A DNA stretch of 64,000 nt from a candidate division Kazan bacterium RIFCSPHIGHO2_01_FULL_44_14 (GCA_001771185.1 METB01000001.1:631200-695199); one strand, 5' to 3'. Counted from the stretch's first letter, positions 18,269-29,557 are shown. A program made the numbers and translations. Notes: generated from the sequence alone by a model not told the origin.

Positions 18269-19606
18269 ATGGATTTAAAGCAATTAGAGGACAATCTGTA
18301 CACTTGGCAGTCAGCCCTGGAGAGACGAGGGGCGGAAGTGGATTTGAACAAAGTATTAGAGGCGCATAAGTGTTATCTTGAGTTATTGCAAAAGTCCGAG
18401 GAATTGAGAGCTAGACGCAACACGGCGGCTCGGGCCCAAGATATTGAAGCAGGTAAGCCCTACTCCGCTGAAGCTACGAAGGGTCTGCGACAGGCAAAGG
18501 GTTTATTGAAAGAAATGGAAGACGAGTTGGCTACAGCTAAAGCAGAGTTGGACGAATTAGTGGCCGGAATTCCCAATCTACCTAGTGGTGATATTCCTGA
18601 CGGAGGGGAAGAAAATAATAAGGTCTTGGGAGTGGTGGGGAAACCGCGAACCATCGATAATCCCAAAGACCACATTGAATTAGGTGAAGGCCTGGGGATT
18701 TTGGATATTGAGCGAGGGACCAAGGTCTCGGGCGCTCGGTTTTATTATTTGAAAAATCAGGCAGTCGAATTGGAATTTGCGATTGTTAGATGGTTGATGG
18801 ACTTATTGAAAGAGAAAGGATTTGAACTGCTGATAGGTCCAGAACTTTTAAATGAAAAGGCGATGTTGGCAGGCGGATATTTGGGTAAAGCTGTGGACGA
18901 AGTTTACAAAACTCAAGATGAATTATATTTGATTGGTACGGCCGAACAAAGTATTTTGGCTTATCATTTGGATGAAATTGTTCCCGTTCCCAAACGATAT
19001 GCTAGTTTTTCAACTTGCTTTCGGAGAGAAGCTGGTAGTTACGGAAAAGATGTGAAAGGAATTATTCGAACGCATCAGTTCGATAAAATCGAAATGTTTT
19101 CGTTTGTGGCGCCGAGTATGTCGGCTCGGGAACATGAATTTTTAGTATCAATTCAAGAAGAAATTTTGCAAGGACTGGAAATTCCATATCAGAAAGTGCT
19201 ACTGGCGGCGGGGGACTTGAGTATGGCTTCGGCCAAGACGATTGATTTGGAAAGTTGGTTGCCGTCACAGAATCGGCATCGGGAAACCCATAGTTGTAGT
19301 AATTGCACTGATTGGCAGGCGAGACGGGCGAAGATTCGTTACAGGGAGCAAGGTAGTCCCTCCCAACTACGCCAAGGCTTCGATGGGCAGGCGGTTCCTC
19401 GGGATAACATAAAAAATGACTTCCTGACGAATGGAGGGGGTACTACCGGTAACAAGCCAGAGTTGGTTCATACGCTAAACGGTACAGCGGTAGCGATTGG
19501 GCGTATACTTGTGGCTATACTGGAAAACCATCAACAGATAGATGGGAGCGTGATTGTCCCTAAAGTTCTGCATCCGTATTTGAGTTTTAAGGAAATTAGA
19601 CCATGA
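18269..19606 (+). CDS. serS: Seryl-tRNA synthetase
   Basis: It has the N-terminal coiled-coil arm and class II motifs (FRREAGS..., [22 protein letters not shown]). An in-frame repeat insertion lies at 19352-19403. Confidence 0.9.
   Translation: MDLKQLEDNLYTWQSALERRGAEVDLNKVLEAHKCYLELLQKSEELRARRNTAARAQDIEAGKPYSAEATKGLRQAKGLLKEMEDELATAKAELDELVAGIPNLPSGDIPDGGEENNKVLGVVGKPRTIDNPKDHIELGEGLGILDIERGTKVSGARFYYLKNQAVELEFAIVRWLMDLLKEKGFELLIGPELLNEKAMLAGGYLGKAVDEVYKTQDELYLIGTAEQSILAYHLDEIVPVPKRYASFSTCFRREAGSYGKDVKGIIRTHQFDKIEMFSFVAPSMSAREHEFLVSIQEEILQGLEIPYQKVLLAAGDLSMASAKTIDLESWLPSQNRHRETHSCSNCTDWQARRAKIRYREQGSPSQLRQGFDGQAVPRDNIKNDFLTNGGGTTGNKPELVHTLNGTAVAIGRILVAILENHQQIDGSVIVPKVLHPYLSFKEIRP
19352..19403. 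repeat. B-family repeat copy inserted in-frame in serS (encodes [18 protein letters not shown])
   Basis: It is near-identical to 2111-2164 in ileS. Confidence 0.8.
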
Positions 19607-22332
19607 GTTTTTTAACTAAACTTCTGGGGAATCCGAACAAACAGGCAATAAATAAACTGAAACCGATTGTAATGCGGGTGAATTCGTTTGAACCGGAAAT
19701 TCAAAAACTTTCGGATGAACAGTTACGAGCCAAGACAGACGAGTTTAAAAGTCGGTTGGAAAAAGGCGAAACCCTAGATGATATTTTATCAGAGGCCTAT
19801 GCGGTGGTTCGTGAAACGGCCAAGCGAGTGCTAGGTGAGCGGCATTTTGATGTGCAGATTATGGGAGGCGTTGCGTTGCACCAAGGTAAAATTGCCGAAA
19901 TGAAAACAGGTGAAGGAAAAACTTTGGTCTCAACTTTGCCAGTCTATTTGAATGCCTTAACTGGCAAAGGTGTGCATGTTGTAACGGTGAATGATTATCT
20001 GGCTAAACGTGACTCGGAGTGGATGGGCCAGATTTATGAATTTTTGGGACTCACGGTTGGAGTAGTGATTCATGATAAGTCCACCGAAGACAGGAAACTA
20101 GCGTACGCATCCGATATTACTTACGGCACTAATAATGAATTCGGATTTGATTATTTGCGGGACAATATGGCTCCAACCCATGAAGCCCAAGTCCAACGGT
20201 CACTTAATTTTGTGATTGTGGACGAGGTGGACTCGATTTTGATTGATGAGGCCAGAACACCTCTGATTATTTCAGCGCCGGACGAGGAGTCAACGACACA
20301 CTATCAGCGGTTTGCGATGATTGCACCGCAATTAACCGAAAATGTCGATTTTACTAAAGACGAGAAATCCAAAACAACATCACTGACTGAAGCGGGGATT
20401 GAAAAGGTTCAAAAACTTTTAAACATTCCAGACATTTATGAATCGGGTAATATTTTATTGGCGCATCATATTGAGCAGGCGTTACGGGCCCAATTTTTGT
20501 ATAAGAAAGATGTCGATTATGTAGTGACAAATGGCGAGATTTTGATTGTGGACGAATTTACTGGTCGGTTGATGCAGGGCAGAAGATATTCAGAAGGTTT
20601 ACATCAGGCGATTGAAGCCAAAGAAGGGGTGGAAGTCCAACGGGAGAGCAAGACCTTGGCGACAATTACTTTCCAAAATTATTTTCGATTGTATGAAAAA
20701 TTATCCGGGATGACTGGTACGGCCAAGACCGAAGAAGAAGAATTTTGGAAAATATATGGGTTGGAGGTGGTAATGATACCGACCAATCAGCCGTTGGCCA
20801 GGACCGATTTGAATGATTTAATTTATGTTAATGAAAAGGCCAAGTTTGAGGCGGTAGTCAAAGAAATTAAACGGCGGTATGAAACCGGTCAGCCGATTTT
20901 GGTTGGTACGATTGCGATTGAAAAGTCCGAACTTTTATCTGACATGTTGAAATTGGAAGGGGTGCCCCATAATGTTTTGAATGCTAAACAACATGAGCGG
21001 GAAGCGGAGATTGTTAAAGATGCTGGACAAAAGGGAGCGGTAACGATTGCCACCAACATGGCTGGGCGAGGAACTGACATTAAATTAGGTGAAGGAGTGA
21101 GGGAACTTGGCGGATTGCATATTTTGGGGACTGAACGACATGAGTCCCGTCGAATTGATAATCAGCTTCGGGGACGGGCCGGTCGGCAAGGGGACCCAGG
21201 TAGTACTCAATTTTTTGTGTGCTTGGAAGATGACTTGATGCGGTTGTTTGGAAGTGAACGGCTGAAAAGCATGATGACCACGCTGAAAGTGCCAGAAGAT
21301 CAACCATTGGAACATAAATGGATAACTTCCAGTATTGAATCGGCCCAGAAGCGAGTGGAGGGGCATAACTTTGATATTCGTAAACGAGTAGTGGAATACG
21401 ATGATGTGATGAATCGTCATCGGTCCACGATTTATCGTCAACGGCAAAAGTTGCTTTCAGCTGGTGATGTGAAAGATACGGTCTGGGGTTATGTAGAACA
21501 AGAACTGCGAGGAATGTTGGCAATGTATGCGGTGAGCGAAAAACCAGACGCCAAGTTGTTAGTGGAAAGTGTGTTGGCGATTGTGCCATTGTCAGGCGGT
21601 TTCCAAAAAGAATTATCCGAAAATCCTGATGCTGATGTATTAGTAACAGAGGCCAAAAAAATATATGAGAATAAAGAAAAAGAAGTTGGCGAAGAGACCT
21701 TCCGCCAAGTGGAACGAATGGTGTTGCTTCGAGTAATGGACATGATGTGGATGGAGCATATTGATGCAATGATGAAGTTGCGCGAAGCGATTGGTTTGCA
21801 TGGTTATGCGCAAAAAGACCCACTGGTGGAATACAAACAGGAAAGTTACATGATGTTTCAACGGTTACAAATGGTAATTGCGGGAGATGTGGCGCGGATG
21901 ATTTTTAGAGTCAGAGTTGCGAGCAATGAGTCACGAGTTGTGAGTGAAGACAAAGAACTCCAAGAAAAGAAAAATATGGCGATGAAGGGGGCGGAATCCG
22001 ACTCCGCTGAAGCTTCCGCCTTCGCCGAGGCTTCGGCGGACCAACGGACGCCGGACGCAAATTTAAATTTACAAGGTGGTGCGGAGCCGAGCGGGGATTT
22101 TGAAGATGAAGAGAAAGAAATTGCCGAAATTAAAAATGACAAATTACAAATGAAAAATTCGGATGCCCATCCGGAAACCGAGATTCAAAATTCTAATGTC
22201 TCAAGTGGTGCGGTCAGGGATCCGGAAGACAAGAAAGATAAAGTCGGGCGGAATGACCCATGTCCATGCGGAGCGATAAAACCGGATGGTGGGCCGATTA
22301 AATATAAGCACTGTCATGGAAGAGGGAAATAA
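19603..22332 (+). CDS. secA: Preprotein translocase ATPase SecA
   Basis: It has the DEAD-like motor ([26 protein letters not shown]) and the C-terminal zinc finger [23 protein letters not shown]. An acidic, low-complexity insert precedes that tail. It has an ATGA overlap with serS. Confidence 0.95.
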   Translation: MSFLTKLLGNPNKQAINKLKPIVMRVNSFEPEIQKLSDEQLRAKTDEFKSRLEKGETLDDILSEAYAVVRETAKRVLGERHFDVQIMGGVALHQGKIAEMKTGEGKTLVSTLPVYLNALTGKGVHVVTVNDYLAKRDSEWMGQIYEFLGLTVGVVIHDKSTEDRKLAYASDITYGTNNEFGFDYLRDNMAPTHEAQVQRSLNFVIVDEVDSILIDEARTPLIISAPDEESTTHYQRFAMIAPQLTENVDFTKDEKSKTTSLTEAGIEKVQKLLNIPDIYESGNILLAHHIEQALRAQFLYKKDVDYVVTNGEILIVDEFTGRLMQGRRYSEGLHQAIEAKEGVEVQRESKTLATITFQNYFRLYEKLSGMTGTAKTEEEEFWKIYGLEVVMIPTNQPLARTDLNDLIYVNEKAKFEAVVKEIKRRYETGQPILVGTIAIEKSELLSDMLKLEGVPHNVLNAKQHEREAEIVKDAGQKGAVTIATNMAGRGTDIKLGEGVRELGGLHILGTERHESRRIDNQLRGRAGRQGDPGSTQFFVCLEDDLMRLFGSERLKSMMTTLKVPEDQPLEHKWITSSIESAQKRVEGHNFDIRKRVVEYDDVMNRHRSTIYRQRQKLLSAGDVKDTVWGYVEQELRGMLAMYAVSEKPDAKLLVESVLAIVPLSGGFQKELSENPDADVLVTEAKKIYENKEKEVGEETFRQVERMVLLRVMDMMWMEHIDAMMKLREAIGLHGYAQKDPLVEYKQESYMMFQRLQMVIAGDVARMIFRVRVASNESRVVSEDKELQEKKNMAMKGAESDSAEASAFAEASADQRTPDANLNLQGGAEPSGDFEDEEKEIAEIKNDKLQMKNSDAHPETEIQNSNVSSGAVRDPEDKKDKVGRNDPCPCGAIKPDGGPIKYKHCHGRGK

Positions 22333-22352
22333 CCCCTCTTAAGATAAGAGGG

Positions 22353-22469
22353 TCACCTAAATTTCTAATTTCTAATTTCGAATCAAATTCCAATGACTGA
22401 ATGTTTCAAAATTAAGACATTAGGTCATTCACTCAAAATTCAAAATTCATCATTCAAAATTATATTTAT
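22353..22469. repeat. C-family hairpin element, copy 1, flanked by an 18-bp direct repeat of a palindrome (cctcttaagataagaggg at 22335-22352 and 22470-22487)
   Basis: Core caatgactgaatgtttcaaaattaagacattaggtcattc, with atttctaatttcgaatcaa on the 5' side and aaaattcaaaattcatcattcaaaatt on the 3' side. Confidence 0.75.
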
Positions 22470-22544
22470 CCTCTTAAGATAAGAGGGGAAGGTATGAAGT
22501 AGAGATTAAAAAATAACTGACTGGTTGGGGGAGAAAGAGGAAGT

Positions 22545-23216
22545 GTGAGCGACGAACGGAATGATGGGGGCGAAAAAGTTGTTCGAGTAACTTTGTGCAT
22601 AGCCCAAAACAAAGAGGGCCAGGTTTTATTGGGATACAAACACGATTCAGAGAAGTTTGGTGGGAATTTATGGAATGGGTTTGGAGGGAAAGTCGATGAA
22701 GGAGAGACCTATTTGCAGGCGGCAGTGCGTGAATTTAAAGAAGAATGTAAGATTCACGATGGCGATATTGAATTGTCTGGGGTGCTAGAATTCAGACATC
22801 GTAATCAACCAGGAAAAGTAATAGAGATGCCGGTGTATCGAGTAACCAATTCTTTAAGTGAAGCGCAGTCAACAAAAGAAATGAAACCGGTGGCATGGTT
22901 TGACAAAGACCAGTTGCCTCTAGAGCAAATGTGGGCATCTGATAAATATTGGTTGCCTCTGTTCTTGGAGGGAAAGGGCTTCTTTGGCCAGTTTGTATAT
23001 GATAATAAAGACAATCGGAATTTAATTGAAGAACCTAAAATTCAAGAATGGGACATATCCGCTGAAATTACAGCAGAAACTCTAGTTGCGGAAATAAAAG
23101 CCGAACTTAGAGTCAAGGAGGAGAGTGGAGCGGAAGTGAAGGCCGAAGTGATGGTGGAAGCCGGTGGTGGAGAGGTTTTCCAGGAGGTTAGAGGAGGGGG
23201 GATGAGATTGAGGTGA
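22545..23216 (+). CDS. NUDIX hydrolase
   Basis: It has the Nudix box GGKVDEGETYLQAAVREFKEECKI. The C-terminal tail runs into repeat sequence. Confidence 0.8.
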   Translation: MSDERNDGGEKVVRVTLCIAQNKEGQVLLGYKHDSEKFGGNLWNGFGGKVDEGETYLQAAVREFKEECKIHDGDIELSGVLEFRHRNQPGKVIEMPVYRVTNSLSEAQSTKEMKPVAWFDKDQLPLEQMWASDKYWLPLFLEGKGFFGQFVYDNKDNRNLIEEPKIQEWDISAEITAETLVAEIKAELRVKEESGAEVKAEVMVEAGGGEVFQEVRGGGMRLR

Positions 23217-23296
23217 AATGATAAATTAAAAATTAAAAATGGGGGAGGAGAGTGATGAGTCGGGGAGTGGGTTGGGGAGTGGGGCTTGTTTCTTTC

Positions 23297-23453
23297 GTCA
23301 TCCTGAGCGAGGTGTAAGCCGAGTCGAAGGATCTAGGCGTAGCCGTCTATAAGAAATTCGCTATCGCCCCAACGGGGGCCCTTTGGGGCTAGATTCTTCA
23401 TCCCGGCAAGCCGGGATTCAGAATGACAGAAGGTAGGCGGGGGCCGGAATGAC
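23297..23453. repeat. A-family mini-element(s) (gtcatcctgagcgag ... gaatgac ... ggaatgac)
   Basis: It carries the family termini and core. Confidence 0.7.
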
Positions 23454-23924
23454 AAAAAGAGAGACAGTTGGGATGGTAGGTGGCGCCTCTCGGTTCCTCA
23501 GGATGATGATTCGCAGGCGTTAGGAGGAGAGATGATGGGTGATTTTGTGGTGATTACACCACATTTTTGGGTAAAGTCAAGTTTTATCAGATTAGAAGGT
23601 GGCCCCTCGGTACTTCGGGGCAATAAAGGGGATGGATGTACAATAAATCCACTCTGGGAGCCAGTTTTTGCTTGACAAAACTATTTAATTATAATAGAGT
23701 AGCGGTAGGTGAGCCGAATGGCTCCATTGCACTCTACAATTAGTTGACTAAAAATGAGTATCGAGTTGCGAGTATCGAGTTGCGAGTCGGAACTGATGAT
23801 AAGACAGACGGTCAACGAAGAGATGCGAAAATTTACAATTCATTAAAATAAAATATCAGCACGGGGGGAACGGGCTGATTTTTGTTTTGATGGGTGTCCC
23901 TCGGTTCTTTTTGTTGTCATTCCC

Positions 23925-24068
23925 GCGCCCGTCCGCAACGATTCGCCAGCCCGTAGTATATACAACATTTCTGGCGGGCGTAGCATTTCGGGCAGGTAGG
24001 CGGGAATCTAGAAAAGAAAACAGATTTTTATGTTTTGTTCTGGATTCCGGCTCGTGGGCCGGAATGAC
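23925..24068. repeat. A-family mini-element (gtcattcccgcg ... ggccggaatgac)
   Basis: It carries the family termini and the ctggattccgg core. Confidence 0.7.
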
Positions 24069-24353
24069 GATAAGAGAAACTTGGGTTGTAATTGAGCCGC
24101 AGAATTCTGGTGCTGTAGAGGTTTAGGGTCTGGATATTTTTGGATTAACCTTTAAGAATATCAATTTAAGGACACGATACCTTCTTAGCACTGGAATCCT
24201 GCGGCTCATACGAATTTCTCTTCGAGCCAAAGGATTATTTTGTTTTCAAAAACCAACTGTAAAATACGCGAAAGCGGATTACGGTTGGTCTTCTACTCAT
24301 CGGCTGGCGCGGTTGATGGGTTGGGCCTACGAGGGTCCGAAGGAGGTAGAGAA

Positions 24354-25772
24354 ATGCGCAAGAATTCCTTTATGGCCCTCGTGGCCTTTGTTGTTGTTTC
24401 GTTGTTCGTGTTGGTTGGTTGTGGTGGAGGAGGTTCTAAATCTCCGACGACACCGCCAGCGAATAACAATGGCAACAACTTGCCGGCACCATCTGTGCCA
24501 AGCGGGATTGACCAGACAAGTTATCGGGCGGAGGTCGAGGTTCCAACTTCTCCTGACTCGGGCGAAGGTGCACTCGTGCTTCGGCACGGGGTGTACTTCT
24601 TCAGTCCGGATGCTTCGGATAATAACTGGACGTTTGGGGTCAGGACTTGGGTCAAAAGCAAGGATGGCAATCCGTTTCAGCTCGACACTTACAGGTGGTC
24701 GGGTAAAGATGGAATGTTGAACTTGGCTAATCCGAGCCAAGACAAATCTTCAGTAGTTGTCCGTGTTGTGACTATCGGCGATAAAGACATTAGTCCGGCA
24801 GTCGGAGTTTATACAGTTGGGATCAAGACCGCAGATGTCAGTAAAGGCAAATTGGTACCGTTGGCTTACTCGGTCAATACGCCTCCATATGCGTTATGGG
24901 TGGCATGGCTGAAGTTTGGTGGACTATACCATACGAATGACGGTGGCACGGGCGGCGGTTCCAGCGACGGCGATCCGGCTGATAGTTGGTTGGAGGAACT
25001 GTGGGGCAATATCAATGAATGGATATGCCCCAGCTCAACGGTCACGGTCACTCTTGCAATCGATGACGAGTTGTGGGTGTGGGACGAAACCGGTGATTCG
25101 CCAAGATGGGCGTATAATCCACAAACTCCCGAACCTCCCAACGTTCCACCAACAGTCATTCTTGAAGCTAACCCGACGTCTGGGGTTGCACCACTTACCG
25201 TTAATTTCGATGCGAGCGGTTCGAGTGATTCGGACGGCACTATCATCGAATATGCCTGGGACTTTACCAGTGACCAAGCGACGGACCAAGAGGGCATTGC
25301 GGTAAGTTATACCTATACTAATCCAGGTACTTACCTCTCAACCCTCTATGTCACGGATAATGACGGCGTTAGTCGATCAAAGTCAGTGGCAATTACTGTT
25401 GCCGAATCGCAGAATCCGCCGACAACTTGGGGAGGAGAGGAGTTCAATCCTAATCTGGCAAACTTCTTTACCGACCAGGGGAGTTATGTCGGCTTGTCTA
25501 TTGAGAAAGAAGAGTTCCAGATATTCATACCGTACTTAATGTATAGCGGTATGAACATCCCTATCTCTTCCGCACCGAAGTCGTGGACGGTCGATTGGGT
25601 GATTCTTCTGGAAGGGGAATCGGTGAAATCGTTTGTTGATCCCTCTCCTAGGATTAACGCCGTGGAATTGGAACAGAAGAGTTACACTCTTAGGGCACAA
25701 GTTCACTTTGCAACTCTTCCCAATCCAACGGTAAAACAGTACGACGTTTGCGTCGTCACTGTCGGACCGTAG
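24354..25772 (+). CDS. Lipoprotein with a PKD domain
   Basis: It has the SD aggaggtag, a lipobox LVGC-GGGG signal, and a PKD-like segment PTSGVAPLTVNFDASGSSDSDGTIIEYAWDF...YTYTNPGTYLSTLYVTDNDG. Confidence 0.7.
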   Translation: MRKNSFMALVAFVVVSLFVLVGCGGGGSKSPTTPPANNNGNNLPAPSVPSGIDQTSYRAEVEVPTSPDSGEGALVLRHGVYFFSPDASDNNWTFGVRTWVKSKDGNPFQLDTYRWSGKDGMLNLANPSQDKSSVVVRVVTIGDKDISPAVGVYTVGIKTADVSKGKLVPLAYSVNTPPYALWVAWLKFGGLYHTNDGGTGGGSSDGDPADSWLEELWGNINEWICPSSTVTVTLAIDDELWVWDETGDSPRWAYNPQTPEPPNVPPTVILEANPTSGVAPLTVNFDASGSSDSDGTIIEYAWDFTSDQATDQEGIAVSYTYTNPGTYLSTLYVTDNDGVSRSKSVAITVAESQNPPTTWGGEEFNPNLANFFTDQGSYVGLSIEKEEFQIFIPYLMYSGMNIPISSAPKSWTVDWVILLEGESVKSFVDPSPRINAVELEQKSYTLRAQVHFATLPNPTVKQYDVCVVTVGP

Positions 25773-25922
25773 TCAATTAATTTTTGCACAAAAGGTTTGG
25801 GTCTCGCTGTTTACAGCGGGACCCACCTCCACTCTTGGTCATCACTACTTCCCCCAGGTAATGATGGCCAAAAGTGGGGGTTACGAGATAATTACAAATT
25901 AAAAATTACAAATGTTTTTGCT

Positions 25923-26039
25923 GTCATCCCGAGCTTGCCTGCCCGCCTTTGGAGGGTCGAGGGATCTATCCTCATTATTTGAAAAAGCCAGATTCCTCCA
26001 CTACGGTCGGAATGACAGAAATGGAACGGTCGGAATGAC
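25923..26039. repeat. A-family mini-element (gtcatcccgagc ... cggaatgac x2)
   Basis: It carries the family termini. Confidence 0.7.
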
Positions 26040-26103
26040 AGAAAACGGTCGTGGTAAATAAATTAGATTAGATTAGATTATAAAAAAGTTAATTAGATTA
26101 AAG

Positions 26104-28896
26104 GTGAAGATTATGGATTTTTTCAAAACGGTCGGTAGACGGGTATACTTTCAAGTGCGGAGAATAAAGAAAGCCATGAAGAACTGGAAAAAGTTTGGAG
26201 TGATTATGTTTGGCGGGCTATTGCTCGCAATGAATATTTTGCCAATCGCTTTGGCGGCTGGTTTATTAACCGTGGGCGTGAGTCCAAGCGGTTCAACTAT
26301 AACAATGGGTACTCCAGCCACTTTTACGGCAACGGTTAAATTGAACGGTGGGTTGACCTCGTTCGATACTTTAAAGTGGAGTGTGAATGATACCCCAGCC
26401 GATCAAACCACCTCTGGCAAGACCAGTTTTACTTTTAATCCGACTACGGCCGGAACTTATACAATCATGGCTCGGGCGACCAAGTTGGGCAGTGACCCAG
26501 CCACTGGGCAGGCCACTTTAATCGTGAAAGATGGCGGCAATGGTGGTGGGACTACTCAACTTTTGACGGTTGGAATTACTCCGAGCGGTGCAACGGTGAA
26601 CCCAGGTGTACCGCAGAATTATGATGCCACAGTTAAGTTGAATGGTAATTTAACCTCGTTTGACACTTTAAAGTGGTATTTTGACGGCAACTCGGAAAGT
26701 ACTAGTTATCGGAATAAGACCAAGTTTGCGGTTAGTTCGATGACAGCTGGTAATCACAATGTCAAAGTAGTTGCAAATAAAGGCACTTACAATGAAGCAA
26801 CGGCTAATGCTACGCTGACGGTTCAAACAGTTACTCCGCCAGCCGAAACCATGGCAATTCATATTACTCCAGAAGAGCCGGGTTCAACTGAAGTTGGAAC
26901 TCCAAAAGTAACTAATTTTGCGGCTAATGTAACTCTAGATGGTCGGCCATTTAGTCCCGATGTGATTCAGTGGTATGCGAACGATGTATTCCAGAGTGCG
27001 TCTGGGGTTAACTTTACTTATAGCGCACCGATGATTGTGGGGACTTACAGAATTCAAGCCAAGGCAGTAGATGGTGGGAAGAATGACGCTTGGAGTAACA
27101 GTGCTTATGTGTATGTCAATCCAACGCCTGACCAACCATATTTTTACTTGTTTGAAGTTAACCCATCGCCAGTGACTTTGTATCTGACGCCGGGAGCCGA
27201 TATCCAGGATTTGATTTACACAGCACGTGATTCAAAGACAAACTCGATTATTCCAGATTCAATGAGTTGGATTTCTAATAATCCAGCCATTGGGCATATG
27301 GATGTAATCGACCAAGGGCGACGATTTGTGGCTGATCAAGTAGGTGCGACTATTATTACCGTGACAGCCAAATGGCAGAACAAGACACTATACGATTTTG
27401 TTTATGTCACGGTCTTAGATGTACCAGTAACTGAACGGGTCTTAGGAAGTGTTGAAATTACTCCGCCGAGTACTGCGCTGACAGCTGGTGGGAATCAGCC
27501 ATTTTCGGCCCAGGCATATGATTTGTTCCACAACCCGATTAATTCAGGTGTGACTTACCAGTGGCAGATTAATTCGAATGTTAGTTACATCGGTTACTTG
27601 AATCAGGCCTACGGTCAGAATATAACCTTCACGGCTAATCCTGGCATTAACAACACTTTTGTTGGTGCACTAACAGTGAATGCTTACTTTAATAACCAAT
27701 CACCACAATCAGATAGCGCGACTATCGCGATTAGTGATGTGATTATTGCGCAAGAGGTTTTGGCTAGAGTGGATGTGACCGCGACTCGGTATTCGATTTT
27801 GACCAACGATACCACAGTGTTGACGGCACAGGCCTTTAGTAACTTGAGCAATCCATGGCCAGCCACTTATAGTTGGCAGATTGAAAGTGGTAATGCCACT
27901 TTGAGTTCTCTGACTGGACAAAGTGTTGTTCTATATTCCAATATTTGGACCGGACCGGTAACGGTACGGGTCTGGGCGACTAACGGGAATGTGGTTACCA
28001 ACACATCAACGATTATGGTGCAAGGGACCATTCCTCCCGTCAATTCAATTAATCTGGTAGTAACACCACAGACGCCGACTATCGTAACCAACAATACACA
28101 ACAGTTTATCGCACGAGTGTACGACGGCTATGGCAGTAATATTACCAGCCAAGTCGATTACATTAATTGGACTAATCTGAATCCAACCGCAGGCAGTATT
28201 ATTAGCCAGAGTCGCGATACGATGATTTGGCGGGCAGATAGCATATTAGGAACTTTCTCCAACGCTTTGCGAGTAGAGACGCGGTGGGGGAATCTGACTG
28301 ACACAGAGTATATCTCTCCTACGGTAATTCTAAGCGGACCGATACCTAATTACTACATTACTTCGATTTTCACGGCGGTAATCAAAGATGGTTCAACTCC
28401 AAGCGAAGGCGATATTATTCTCTACACGGTTACTTTGCGGAATAATCAGCCAAACTTGGTGTCAGGGATTCAGCTAACAATGAATGTACCGACTTATACG
28501 ACATTTATTTCGGCCTCTTCGGTGGTTGATCATCCACGAATTTCTGGCCGAACAATTACTTGGGATACGGGTACGCTGTACAACGGTGAAGGTAAGACCA
28601 TGATAGTTGAGGTTCAAATCAATGATGGTTTGCCAAAGGTCGGAGTTAGCATCACTGGTCAGGCCCATGTTCGGGCAGATCAAATCCCACAGGGATTTAA
28701 CATCACTTCAAATACGATTGTGGTTACCTCTGGCAGTGGTCCAATTACGCCAGTGACCCCAACTGATGAACCATTAACTCCAACTGGAATGGATTGGCAA
28801 ACATTGGTTTTGATTGCCATGGCTTCGCTACTGCTGGCTAGTATTACTTGGGTAGGGTTAGAGGCCAAAGCCCAACGGCGTCTACAACTGAACTAA
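26104..28896 (+). CDS. Large cell-surface protein with tandem Ig-like (Big/DUF11-type) repeats and a sortase-type C-terminal sorting signal
   Basis: It has a signal/TM at the N-terminus and repeated ~90-aa modules (LTVGVSPSG.../LTVGITPSG...). The C-terminal tail is PLTPTG + hydrophobic stretch + KAQRRLQLN. A likely start is the ATG at 26176. Confidence 0.7.
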   Translation: MKIMDFFKTVGRRVYFQVRRIKKAMKNWKKFGVIMFGGLLLAMNILPIALAAGLLTVGVSPSGSTITMGTPATFTATVKLNGGLTSFDTLKWSVNDTPADQTTSGKTSFTFNPTTAGTYTIMARATKLGSDPATGQATLIVKDGGNGGGTTQLLTVGITPSGATVNPGVPQNYDATVKLNGNLTSFDTLKWYFDGNSESTSYRNKTKFAVSSMTAGNHNVKVVANKGTYNEATANATLTVQTVTPPAETMAIHITPEEPGSTEVGTPKVTNFAANVTLDGRPFSPDVIQWYANDVFQSASGVNFTYSAPMIVGTYRIQAKAVDGGKNDAWSNSAYVYVNPTPDQPYFYLFEVNPSPVTLYLTPGADIQDLIYTARDSKTNSIIPDSMSWISNNPAIGHMDVIDQGRRFVADQVGATIITVTAKWQNKTLYDFVYVTVLDVPVTERVLGSVEITPPSTALTAGGNQPFSAQAYDLFHNPINSGVTYQWQINSNVSYIGYLNQAYGQNITFTANPGINNTFVGALTVNAYFNNQSPQSDSATIAISDVIIAQEVLARVDVTATRYSILTNDTTVLTAQAFSNLSNPWPATYSWQIESGNATLSSLTGQSVVLYSNIWTGPVTVRVWATNGNVVTNTSTIMVQGTIPPVNSINLVVTPQTPTIVTNNTQQFIARVYDGYGSNITSQVDYINWTNLNPTAGSIISQSRDTMIWRADSILGTFSNALRVETRWGNLTDTEYISPTVILSGPIPNYYITSIFTAVIKDGSTPSEGDIILYTVTLRNNQPNLVSGIQLTMNVPTYTTFISASSVVDHPRISGRTITWDTGTLYNGEGKTMIVEVQINDGLPKVGVSITGQAHVRADQIPQGFNITSNTIVVTSGSGPITPVTPTDEPLTPTGMDWQTLVLIAMASLLLASITWVGLEAKAQRRLQLN

Positions 28897-28922
28897 GAAT
28901 AAGCAGGTTAATAACCTACAAA

Positions 28923-28963
28923 AGCCCCCGTCTCCGCCAGTTGGCGGATGACGGGGGCTTTTG
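28923..28963 (+). terminator. Rho-independent terminator (agcccccgtc...gacgggggct + TTTT)
   Basis: A 10-bp GC stem is followed by a T-tract after the large surface protein gene. Confidence 0.75.
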
Positions 28964-29557
28964 GTTGACTGGCCGATGGGGATTGTTATACACTTAGGCG
29001 TTCTTTGTTGTAGTTTACCAATAAGTTTTAGGGGGTGTGTGATGGGAGTAATCGCGATTATTTTTCGGCATGGCGTCGTTTCAAACGACCCGGCCATAGA
29101 ATTTGAGTGGACCAACTCTCTCGTTTCGAATCGGTCGTTTCATAGTGACACGATAGATGGTTTGCCGACCATTGCTCGAAAGGAGCTACGGAAAATGTTG
29201 CAATCCCCAGAGTTTGTGCGATATCGAACCGAGTTAAGGGGTGGTGGCGATGAGCTAATTATTCAATTTGAAAATCTCCCAGCTGGTTCAACTTTTCTGT
29301 TGGGATTTTTCCGTCAATTTTTTGGTAAGGGATTCAACGAGTTCTTTTCCGCAAGAGGGATTTGTGGGAAGCGGACCAATTCACCAATCAGTAGAATTAT
29401 AGTAACAGCAATAAATCGGACGGATAAGTCCTGTCAACTCACGGTCAAGTCCTCCAGAGAGAATTCTAACCTGACCTTTCATCAGATATCGGAGGAATTA
29501 TTAAAACTTCTGGATGAATCTGAAAATTTTCGCTGGGAGCATGAACATCAAACTTGA
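28961..29557 (+). CDS. Hypothetical protein
   Basis: It is an open frame with no recognised family. The start is uncertain. Confidence 0.35.
   Translation: MVDWPMGIVIHLGVLCCSLPISFRGCVMGVIAIIFRHGVVSNDPAIEFEWTNSLVSNRSFHSDTIDGLPTIARKELRKMLQSPEFVRYRTELRGGGDELIIQFENLPAGSTFLLGFFRQFFGKGFNEFFSARGICGKRTNSPISRIIVTAINRTDKSCQLTVKSSRENSNLTFHQISEELLKLLDESENFRWEHEHQT

Noticed and set aside
21080-21823. 247-aa minus-strand ORF inside secA, plus other antisense ORFs within ileS, the surface protein, ftsI, murC and others
   Set aside because: They are shadow ORFs fully embedded in strongly supported genes on the opposite strand.
24240-24353. Upstream extension of the PKD lipoprotein ORF (track start 24240) and overlapping ORFs 24313-24720 / 24327-24740 (-)
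   Set aside because: The SD aggaggtag plus a lipobox directly after the ATG at 24354 gives a much better start. The overlapping ORFs are shadows.
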